From NCBI GenBank assembly GCA_045546295.1, contig JAZQCP010000013.1, positions 138,152-202,151 on the forward strand: DNA of 64,000 nt. Reading direction: 5' to 3'. The number at the start of each line of letters is the position of its first letter. Positions within the stretch are counted from its first letter, which is position 1. This stretch comes from Candidatus Nanosyncoccaceae bacterium (GTDB taxonomy: Bacteria > Patescibacteriota > Saccharimonadia > Saccharimonadales > Saccharimonadaceae). The translations under genes and the position numbers were made by a program. The notes below the pieces were generated by a model. It did not search any database and had not been told where the DNA came from. It was given only the letters and a program-made list of their open reading frames with translations. Of the stretch, positions 9,876 to 17,382 are shown piece by piece.

Positions 9876-10454
9876 TTAGGACTGTGCTGGCGGAGTTTGG
9901 AAAGGATTCTCGCTTTCGGTGGTTGTTGGCGCTTCTGCTGTTGGTGTTGTACTATTGGTAGATGTCTCCGGCGTTGAGGCTGGATTATCGGCAGGTTGTG
10001 CGTCTTGATTTGGCTGAGTGTCGAACGGTGATTGCGTATTAGCGGCATTATCTAATAGATAGGTGTCGCTGCCAAAGCCGAGGATACAATAGAAGATTGG
10101 CGCGAGTAGAATGAGGCCAATGGCGAATCCGGTGCTCTTACCAAAGGCTGGTGCAATCTTTAACGCTACCATTATTTGCCAAATAATGGCACCGACGCCT
10201 GGAATAAAAATGAGTAAAAAGAGAAGGCCTTCTTGTCCGGAAATTTCGGTTAGAACATATTGACTATAAAACGGAACAATCGCATTCCACCCCGGTCGTC
10301 CAGCTTTTTCAAACAGCTTCCACATACCGATTAAATATACGATTCCCAAGATAAGAACCGGTATCATTATGATGGCGAGCATGCCAAAAATGACACTTAT
10401 GCCCGTTGCTACTTCTGCGTCGTAGACGCTTGCGGCCAGTAATTGACTTAACAT
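9876..10454 (-). CDS. DUF5684-like membrane protein with P/T/Q-rich C-terminal tail
   Basis: 192 aa. WKLFEKAGRPGWNAIVPFY motif, 4 TM segments, low-complexity tail. Confidence 0.7.
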   Translation of the reverse strand: MLSQLLAASVYDAEVATGISVIFGMLAIIMIPVLILGIVYLIGMWKLFEKAGRPGWNAIVPFYSQYVLTEISGQEGLLFLLIFIPGVGAIIWQIMVALKIAPAFGKSTGFAIGLILLAPIFYCILGFGSDTYLLDNAANTQSPFDTQPNQDAQPADNPASTPETSTNSTTPTAEAPTTTESENPFQTPPAQS

Positions 10455-10481
10455 ATTAGTTATTCCTTATGTTTAAATTAA

Positions 10482-11771
10482 TTATATTTTAGCGTGTTTT
10501 TTGATTAAAGTACAATAATCTTTGCCGCGTTCTTCGAAGTTTTTGTAGAATCCATAGCTGGCGGCAGCTGGCGACAATAAACAAATTCGCCCTTCGGCGG
10601 TCTTTTCGAAAGCGAGGTCTACGGCGTCAGCCATATTTGCAGCTGGAAATAGTTTTTGAGAGTACGGCGCTTCTTCGAATAGTTTTTGAAAGACTGTGGT
10701 AGTATTCGGCAGAAGGATAATGTTCCGTACGCCGCTATTGCGCAGGAAGTCTACCAATGGATGATAATTTAGACCGCGGTCCATTCCTCCTAGAATTAGA
10801 GTGTCCACATCTTCGAGGGCTTTGACAGCATTAATGACCGCTTCTTGAGCAGTTGCTATGGAATCGTTGTAGAATCTAATGTGATTATATTCGCCAACAT
10901 ATTCCATGCGGTGCGGTAAACCACGAAAACTGTCTAAATGTTTGAGTGCCTCTTTGCGGTCGACGCCCATGGCTTCACAAGCGGCGATGGCGGCGTAAAT
11001 ATCGTGTAGATTATGATCGCCAACTAGATACGTGTGGATTTCTTCTTTTGGAATATCGATGTCGTGGTAGATATCGATTTTATGCATAGGTAGATTTGCA
11101 ATTTCTTCCCTACTAGCATGCTGGAAGATGTCGCCATAGATTAGCGTATCGTTTGTCCCCTGATACTTATAGATACTTTTCTTTGCGTTGTAGTAATCTT
11201 CGGCGCTCTTATAGTGGTCGAGATGTTCTTCATAGAGGTTGAGCAGTATGGCGACATGCGGGCTAGCCTGCACGAATTCTAATTGATGGCACGAGATTTC
11301 AAACACGATTATGGTGTTCTCTTTGATTAGGTCAATTGCATCAAAGCAAGCAATGCCAATATTGCCGACTAGTATTGCGTCGCGCCCGGCTTCTCTTAGG
11401 AGGTGGCAAGTTAGTGACGAAGTGGTGCTTTTGCCTTTTGTGCCAGTGACGCCAATGATGGGGTTTTGGCAAAAACGAAGGAATAAGTCGGTTAAAGAAG
11501 TTATTTTAGATAGCTGATCGTCATCGACAAAGTCTCGCGTCGGAATGCCTGGCGACTTAATGATAACATCGAATTCTTTGACATGTTCGAGGTAGTTTTC
11601 TCCCGAAAATGTTTTTACATCAACTAAGTCGAGCGCTTTTTGGTCGGCGATGGCAAGATTTGCGTCTGGTAGATTTTGCCGAATAAAGTTTAAGGCACTT
11701 TTACCCTCGCGGCCATATCCTAATATGAGGATGCTTTTTCCGGTTAAATAATTTATGATGTCTTGTTTCAT
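10482..11771 (-). CDS. murD: UDP-N-acetylmuramoyl-L-alanine--glutamate ligase (MurD; possibly MurD2-type)
   Basis: 429 aa with Mur ligase P-loop GVTGTKGKSTT and N-terminal Rossmann ILILGYGREGKS. ATGA overlap with the upstream gene at 11768-11771. Confidence 0.9.
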   Translation of the reverse strand: MKQDIINYLTGKSILILGYGREGKSALNFIRQNLPDANLAIADQKALDLVDVKTFSGENYLEHVKEFDVIIKSPGIPTRDFVDDDQLSKITSLTDLFLRFCQNPIIGVTGTKGKSTTSSLTCHLLREAGRDAILVGNIGIACFDAIDLIKENTIIVFEISCHQLEFVQASPHVAILLNLYEEHLDHYKSAEDYYNAKKSIYKYQGTNDTLIYGDIFQHASREEIANLPMHKIDIYHDIDIPKEEIHTYLVGDHNLHDIYAAIAACEAMGVDRKEALKHLDSFRGLPHRMEYVGEYNHIRFYNDSIATAQEAVINAVKALEDVDTLILGGMDRGLNYHPLVDFLRNSGVRNIILLPNTTTVFQKLFEEAPYSQKLFPAANMADAVDLAFEKTAEGRICLLSPAAASYGFYKNFEERGKDYCTLIKKHAKI

Positions 11772-13126
11772 ACTCTCGCTAACATATTTACGTATTCTTG
11801 TGGAATATTATGTTGCGGGTTGTAATAATTTTCAACGTTGTACAGCGCTTTAGGGTTATAGAAGTGATCTTTGTAGTACTGTAGTAAAAACGGCAGATGA
11901 CCATTGGTATGCTCGACTGCAAGCTTTAGTGAGTAGTTTATTTCTTCGCGCGTGCCGACGCACTCAAAAGGTTTAGTAGTATCTGGATTGACTAGGCCGA
12001 TAAATATTTGTAACAAGCTTCGATCATTAAAAAGATTGTCGCCAAATATCAGCTCCAATCGTTCAAGGGGAACGAATGGGTACAACATAATGAAGACATA
12101 GAGACATTTGGCGCAATGGCTACACCATTTATTTTCGTGCATGCCGGCATTGCAACTGCGGAAAATGCTGAGATAGCGAGGATATTTGATGAACTTTTGA
12201 ACGATTGTATATTCGTTTATGCAGCGTAATAGGCTAAAGTATTCAATTTTTGGCGTAAAGTAATCGTTGCAATAGCTACGAAAATCGTTTTCGAACTCAA
12301 TGCTTTTTGAATATTGATGATTGATATTTGTGCCTGCAACGTTCCCTTCGTTGGCGGAGGCCTCGTTTGAGAGGACGATGTATTTTTTATTGTTTAGATA
12401 TGCCATAATGTATGCCGCAAACGCTAAACAAGACGAGAATGGAATATGCCCGTTAAGAAAGCCTTGTTTGTTTAGTTCGAGCATGTGTTCATCGAGGGTG
12501 AGATTGAAGTCGGCAATAGAATCCATTGAATAGCCGGCCTGTGTGATGCAACTATGTGCGGCGAGGTTTTCTGGATAGATATTGCGATTATATTGAAGAC
12601 AAATATTGTCGACATGCATATCGCGTAGCGCTTCTAGAGTAACAACGGAATCCTTTCCTCCGCCGACTGGGATTAGATTGCCGCTTGGTCTAAAATCTTC
12701 GAATTCATAATCGGGGCGATTGGGTGACGGCTCGTCGGCGATAATCTCCATAAAATCTTCATAGGGGATATTGAGTTTGTTGACATACATGAACTCGCCG
12801 AGGCCGTTGTAGAACAATTTTTTAAAGAATTCTTTTTGTCTCTCGTCAAGTGGGCCAGCTTTTATCTCGAATTTTGGCGAACAAGTTAGCTTGTAATAAT
12901 TGATAGCATTGATGATGCCGAAGTTGAAAAACAAGTATTCTATGAATTGTATATTAAATACGGAGTTGCGAATATCTGAAACGGAAATATCAACAGTTGG
13001 CTCAAATGTATGCTTCCCTAGTTTGTAGACAAATTTGGCATGAATACCTTCGGCGTTGCGCTCTACGGTGTACGACTCGAAGATGAATTTAGGATATTGA
13101 TTACGCAGTTGTGTGTTATCTTGCAT
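11768..13126 (-). CDS. PP-loop-like ATP-utilising protein translationally coupled to murD; candidate MurL-type epimerase
   Basis: 452 aa with IPVGGGKDSVV (SGGKDS-like PP-loop) and Cys cluster CNAGMHENKWCSHCAKC. 4-nt overlap with murD. TATAAT lies 8 nt upstream of the ATG. Confidence 0.45.
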   Translation of the reverse strand: MQDNTQLRNQYPKFIFESYTVERNAEGIHAKFVYKLGKHTFEPTVDISVSDIRNSVFNIQFIEYLFFNFGIINAINYYKLTCSPKFEIKAGPLDERQKEFFKKLFYNGLGEFMYVNKLNIPYEDFMEIIADEPSPNRPDYEFEDFRPSGNLIPVGGGKDSVVTLEALRDMHVDNICLQYNRNIYPENLAAHSCITQAGYSMDSIADFNLTLDEHMLELNKQGFLNGHIPFSSCLAFAAYIMAYLNNKKYIVLSNEASANEGNVAGTNINHQYSKSIEFENDFRSYCNDYFTPKIEYFSLLRCINEYTIVQKFIKYPRYLSIFRSCNAGMHENKWCSHCAKCLYVFIMLYPFVPLERLELIFGDNLFNDRSLLQIFIGLVNPDTTKPFECVGTREEINYSLKLAVEHTNGHLPFLLQYYKDHFYNPKALYNVENYYNPQHNIPQEYVNMLARV

Positions 13127-13155
13127 ATGATTCTATTATAGCTTATATGGCAGTA

Positions 13156-14805
13156 TTAAAACTGGAAGATTTGCATGCCCATCCAGCTATCGCGTACGCC
13201 TTTGCCGGACATGCAAGTGTCGAATAACTTATCAAGTGTATATTTGCCACTTTGGGAGATTGAATATCCGGAGCTATCAATGAATTGGACATTGTTTTTG
13301 CTATCGTAACCTAGCAATAAGAGCGCATGGTGCGATCCAGCGAGCTTGGGGCACTGGCTATGTGCTACAAACATTGCCACTGGTTGACCATTATCAAGCG
13401 CAATTTTGGCGAGACGCTTTGACTCTTTTACGCTAGTTTCACCAAAGTAGGCTTTAGCCTTGGCGTTGAAGTGCTTAATAGTTTCGGCGTAGCCGTCTTT
13501 TGCGCGAAGAGTTCCATTATATAGCCCTTTCTTCTTGAGGTTATTCTGGATATCGATAGTAGAGTAAAATGTTCCGCTAGTGGCATTATGTGCCGCCATA
13601 AAGGCATGTGCGCGGCAAGAGCCCTTATTAAGGCCTGGATTATTCTGATAACCGATGTAATATTCAACAGTCCTCTTTGGATAATTTACTATTGCGAGGG
13701 TTTTGCAATAGCTGCCGTTTATAATACCACAGCGACCCTTGCTATCTTTAACGTTGTGCTTGAAAGTGATATTGGTGGCTTTGCAGAGTCCGCGTCCAGT
13801 TTCGGCGATGCAATATCCGCCGGAGGCTTTGGCATTATTTGAGACGGTTACCCTAGCTGTAGCGGTAATGTTGTTGGTGGTGGCGGCATACACGGTCGTA
13901 GTGCCCTCTTTTATACCAGTAATTCTACCATTGTCGTCGACTGTGACTATAGCTGAATTCGTACTTACCCATTTGAGCGTTTTATCGTCGGTATTTGCCG
14001 GGGTGAAACGAGGGATAATATTTTTAGTGCCTTTCGGTGCAACGGTATAATTGGCGCTATCGAATGTGAGTGTAGTGGCTAAGATCGGCTCTGGAACAGT
14101 GATTGTTTTGCTGTCGCTTTTGTCGTCTGCGGTGACGGTTATAGTGGCGGAACCTGGCGAAACGCCAACAACGCGACCCTTATTATCGACGGTCGCGACA
14201 TTTTCGTCACTAGTCTTCCAAGTGAGCTGGCGATTGGTGGCGTAATCTGGGATTACCGTAGCGCGCATGGCGGCATTCTGACCGATTTTGAGAGTAGATA
14301 CGCCGCCGAGTACGACGGATTTTACGGGGATATTCTCGGATTGGCTTCCGTTTCCACCATTACCACCACTGCCGCCACCGCTAGATTGGCCGGCAGTCGG
14401 TTGCTTGCCATCGATTGAGTCGAGAATAAGGTTAGTAATTGCAAATGCCATTAGGGTGACGACTAATCCGATTAAGGAATACATAATGGTGCTTTTTGCG
14501 GTTCTAACCTTGTTGGAGTCGCCCATAGACGTCATGTAGGTGATGCCGCCGATAATGATAGCGACAACTGCCATAATACCTACCCAAAGGTAGATTTGAT
14601 TTAGAACGTTTTTGACGCGCTCTTGGAGTGCAGCCTCTTCGTTCTTGCCCTTTTCGCCGCATAATCTAGGATCGTCTATTCCGGCTAATTCGCAGGCGTC
14701 GCTCGCATAGGATGGTTGTGGCGTAAGGGTTACTAGGCTGGTAGCTAGCAGAATGAGTGCAAAAAATCCGATAATAATTCTAGGTAGCGAAGGCACTTTT
14801 TTCAT
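13156..14805 (-). CDS. secreted/membrane fusion protein: T4SS-pilin-like (VirB2/TrbC-type) domain + 2x Big_2 + C39/papain-like cysteine peptidase domain
   Basis: 549 aa. Signal peptide, then Cys pair (SDACELAGIDDPRLCGEK) and two hydrophobic helices (IYLWVGIMAVVAIIIGGITYM, IMYSLIGLVVTLMAFAITNLIL). G/S/N linker, then two Ig-like repeats (LTWKTSDENVATVDNKGRVVGVSPGSATITVTA; LKWVSTNSAIVTVDDNGRITGIKEGTTTVYA). C-terminal GSCRAHAF ... SHHALLLLGYD ... FIDSSG. Confidence 0.6.
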   Translation of the reverse strand: MKKVPSLPRIIIGFFALILLATSLVTLTPQPSYASDACELAGIDDPRLCGEKGKNEEAALQERVKNVLNQIYLWVGIMAVVAIIIGGITYMTSMGDSNKVRTAKSTIMYSLIGLVVTLMAFAITNLILDSIDGKQPTAGQSSGGGSGGNGGNGSQSENIPVKSVVLGGVSTLKIGQNAAMRATVIPDYATNRQLTWKTSDENVATVDNKGRVVGVSPGSATITVTADDKSDSKTITVPEPILATTLTFDSANYTVAPKGTKNIIPRFTPANTDDKTLKWVSTNSAIVTVDDNGRITGIKEGTTTVYAATTNNITATARVTVSNNAKASGGYCIAETGRGLCKATNITFKHNVKDSKGRCGIINGSYCKTLAIVNYPKRTVEYYIGYQNNPGLNKGSCRAHAFMAAHNATSGTFYSTIDIQNNLKKKGLYNGTLRAKDGYAETIKHFNAKAKAYFGETSVKESKRLAKIALDNGQPVAMFVAHSQCPKLAGSHHALLLLGYDSKNNVQFIDSSGYSISQSGKYTLDKLFDTCMSGKGVRDSWMGMQIFQF

Positions 14806-15391
14806 TGGCTAATGCTCCCATGCATTGATTAATATAAGCTTCTGGCTTATGGCGCATAATATCCGTCTCGCTATATTGTTGGCTAAGCTCATGAAGTGCT
14901 TTCATGCCGACATTGAAGTAATCTTCTTCGCTGTGCTCTGGGTTGTTGCGCGCGCGAATGCGAGCAATAACGCGAATATTATCGCCAAGCTCACGGTAAA
15001 CATCGTGCAGGCTATTCTCGTAATAGGCTTCGAGTTCTTGATAAATTTCGCTAACACGATCGAGGTCTTCCGTATCAAATGGTGGTTGAATGTCGTCGCG
15101 ACTAAGAGTTATTTGAGCGTTGTATTCCATGAGCTCTTTGATTCTGATTGCATCGTCGGGATATCTATCAAAAGCAATGTCGCAAATCGCGATGTATCTG
15201 TTGATAGCTGTGCGTGCTAGCCAGCCGGGGTTGTGATTGATGAAGATGTTATAATCTGGATTAATTTGTTGCTGTTCGGCGATATCTTCGACGAGGGCTG
15301 CTTTTGCAATCAAAAATAAATCATCTTCTTCGTACGAAGAGTTTTCATATTCGGGGACGATGGTATCGATTAGGCGATCTAGGTCGTTCAT
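14780..15391 (-). CDS. acidic cytoplasmic hypothetical protein, overlaps the pilin-fusion gene by 26 nt
   Basis: 203-aa ORF with no TM segment. TGtTATAAT lies 10 nt upstream of the ATG. Its stop lies inside the first codons of 13156..14805. Confidence 0.6.
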   Translation of the reverse strand: MNDLDRLIDTIVPEYENSSYEEDDLFLIAKAALVEDIAEQQQINPDYNIFINHNPGWLARTAINRYIAICDIAFDRYPDDAIRIKELMEYNAQITLSRDDIQPPFDTEDLDRVSEIYQELEAYYENSLHDVYRELGDNIRVIARIRARNNPEHSEEDYFNVGMKALHELSQQYSETDIMRHKPEAYINQCMGALANEKSAFAT

Positions 15392-15448
15392 ACTTGTGCT
15401 TATTATAACATTACGGCCTATTTCTGAGTATGCTATTCGTGGATAAGC

Positions 15449-15477
15449 TTGACTATTTTGCTGTTTTATGCTATTAT
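15449..15477 (+). promoter_or_regulatory. promoter of membrane-protein cassette 1 (TTGACT-17-TGcTATTAT)
   Basis: -35 at 15449-15454, -10 at 15472-15477, TG at 15469-15470. Preceded by GGATAAGC. Near-identical to the promoter at 16350-16378. Confidence 0.7.
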
Positions 15478-15527
15478 ATATAAGATATAGTAATTTGTTT
15501 ACTTTTTGCTCTTTAGGAGGTCAAATA

Positions 15528-16268
15528 ATGAAAACTATAGACAGAAAGGCGTTGAGGCTGCTTGCTATCACGGTGGTATTGAGTATTCTGGGCCATTTTC
15601 GCATTCGGGGTGGCTTCTTTATTGGCGACAATATATGGATTGAATACGTAGCAATCGCAGCAGTCTTCATACTGACCGTCGCAACGGTTGGTCTGTTGCT
15701 GTGTATGTCTACTGAGCACCGTGCGAGAGGTTGGATGGAACTGTTATTCTGCGCAACTTGCGGCAAGATCATCGGCGAGTCGTTGGCGATGTATTACGAC
15801 TGCGGTCGCCTTGCGACATACGCATTGATGCTACTCTATATGTTCGCATCTTGCACAGCTCTGATCGGCTTTTGTGGCGGTAAGGTGAAGACGATAATTT
15901 CGCAGATTTTGTTTGTTGCTGGTCTATCTCTGGTGTGCGATTATGTTCTTTACGGCATAATGGGACTTAGGGTCGGCGCTAAGTGGCTCTATTTTGTACA
16001 CTCTCGTCCCGCTGTGGACTATAGCGTGATCCTGGTGGCGCAGTTGACTGTGCTCGCTGCCCTACTGGCCGAGAATCAAGTCATGTTTATGTCAATAGAT
16101 AAAATTGGCATGTGTGGCGCTGTAGCCGTTGACGTTGTCTCAATATTGGCATCGCTGGATGAGTTTGCATCTGGGGGTATGACGGGTCTGGCTTGGCGTA
16201 CGGTGCGTCTGATTGCGTTATTGTTCTTGGTACTGTTAGCATTCTTGTGTCCGGACAAAAACAAGTAG
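15528..16268 (+). CDS. polytopic membrane protein, paralog 1 (unknown family)
   Basis: Start trimmed to the ATG 7 nt after AGGAGG (15515-15520). About 7-8 hydrophobic segments. Shares GHFRIRG, CGKIIGE and CDYVLYG motifs with the downstream paralog. Confidence 0.75.
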   Translation: MKTIDRKALRLLAITVVLSILGHFRIRGGFFIGDNIWIEYVAIAAVFILTVATVGLLLCMSTEHRARGWMELLFCATCGKIIGESLAMYYDCGRLATYALMLLYMFASCTALIGFCGGKVKTIISQILFVAGLSLVCDYVLYGIMGLRVGAKWLYFVHSRPAVDYSVILVAQLTVLAALLAENQVMFMSIDKIGMCGAVAVDVVSILASLDEFASGGMTGLAWRTVRLIALLFLVLLAFLCPDKNK

Positions 16269-16297
16269 TACGATTCCTCCTCCAAAAAATAATTATG

Positions 16298-16325
16298 CCC
16301 CCGGCGAAGAGCTGGGGGTGTTTTT
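16298..16325 (+). terminator. intrinsic terminator of cassette 1
   Basis: The 8-bp stem CCCCCGGC/GCTGGGGG has a GAAGA loop, followed by TGTTTTT. Confidence 0.8.
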
Positions 16326-16349
16326 AAGTATAAGGGATGAAGGATAAGC

Positions 16350-16378
16350 TTGATTTTATTTTAGTTTTGTGCTATAAT
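16350..16378 (+). promoter_or_regulatory. promoter of membrane-protein cassette 2 (TTGATT-17-TGcTATAAT)
   Basis: -35 at 16350-16355, -10 at 16373-16378, TG at 16370-16371. Same GGATAAGC upstream element as cassette 1. Confidence 0.7.
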
Positions 16379-16428
16379 ATACCAATATAGCGTTTTTGAA
16401 AGGCTCGATCATTAAAAGGAGGTGGATG

Positions 16429-17226
16429 ATGAATAAAATCAAAAGTGCACAGTTGGCGGTCCTTTTTGTCATCGTTGCTGCGCTTACTGCGATTGGACAC
16501 TATCGTGACCGCATGCCCGTGCCTGATATGTACGTTTTCGGAATGTATATATATGGAGTAGCGGCTGTTGTTGCCTTCGTTATAGTGGCACTTCTTGTAA
16601 TAGCTCTACTCTGGAGGCGCTTCGGATGGCCGATGGGGGAAATGGTTAACTTGGCCGTCTATGCTGCTTGCGGAAAGGCACTTGGGGAGATTGTTGCATT
16701 GTCGTTTCAGCGGCCCTTTAGCCCTCCGCAGCCATATGCCGTGGCGCTGATTGGTTTAGTTGCGCTGGTCGGCTATGTGGCAGCTAAGGCATTTGGTGAC
16801 GGTCGATATGTCCCGTCTTATATCTTGGCCGCAACGGCCTATTGCCTTTTTTGTGACTATGTCCTACTGGGGGTGTGGGGCATAAAACATGGTCAAGGAC
16901 TGAGGTTTTTCGCCGATAGCTACCCCGATGCATTGTTTATTTATAGTACAGAGAGCACCTTTTTGTTAATTGGTATATTGCTCATGAATAATGACATTGC
17001 AGCGGTGGCACGGCTTTCTATCATTGGCTTATTAATATCCGTTAGTAATGGTATTTTGTTCATTGCGTCGGTGGCGACTTATTGTGGAGGTAATTATATT
17101 TCGTCAAAGATGCCCATAACAGTGGCCTTTTCGATTGTCTATGTCTTAATATACGTAATGGAGCTCCGTTTGGCTTTAATTAGAGAGAGATTCAAGCGCA
17201 AGAATGAGGAAGCGGCCCACGAATAA
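16429..17226 (+). CDS. polytopic membrane protein, paralog 2 (unknown family)
   Basis: ATG at 16429 (or 16426) just after AAGGAGG (16416-16422). About 7-8 hydrophobic segments. Motifs GHYRDR, CGKALGE and CDYVLLG. Confidence 0.75.
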   Translation: MNKIKSAQLAVLFVIVAALTAIGHYRDRMPVPDMYVFGMYIYGVAAVVAFVIVALLVIALLWRRFGWPMGEMVNLAVYAACGKALGEIVALSFQRPFSPPQPYAVALIGLVALVGYVAAKAFGDGRYVPSYILAATAYCLFCDYVLLGVWGIKHGQGLRFFADSYPDALFIYSTESTFLLIGILLMNNDIAAVARLSIIGLLISVSNGILFIASVATYCGGNYISSKMPITVAFSIVYVLIYVMELRLALIRERFKRKNEEAAHE

Positions 17227-17291
17227 TAATGGTGGCCTGGATGACGATTGAGAAAGATTGTATGTGCGGCATTTAGGCTTTCCCTCCTGTA

Positions 17292-17321
17292 CGCCCCCAA
17301 CGAAGAGTTGGGGGCGCTTTT
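17292..17321 (+). terminator. intrinsic terminator of cassette 2
   Basis: The 10-bp stem CGCCCCCAAC/GTTGGGGGCG has a GAAGA loop, followed by CTTTT. It matches the cassette-1 terminator, with compensatory changes. Confidence 0.8.
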
Positions 17322-17347
17322 ATTGCATTAGCAAAGGCGTAAGCAAA

Positions 17348-17376
17348 TTGACTTTTTGGGCAAAATTTGGTATAAT
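17348..17376 (+). promoter_or_regulatory. uvrA promoter (TTGACT-17-TGgTATAAT), leaderless configuration
   Basis: -35 at 17348-17353 and -10 at 17371-17376. The ATG at 17383 is only 6 nt after the -10 element, and there is no SD. Confidence 0.65.
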
Positions 17377-17382
17377 TATGAA

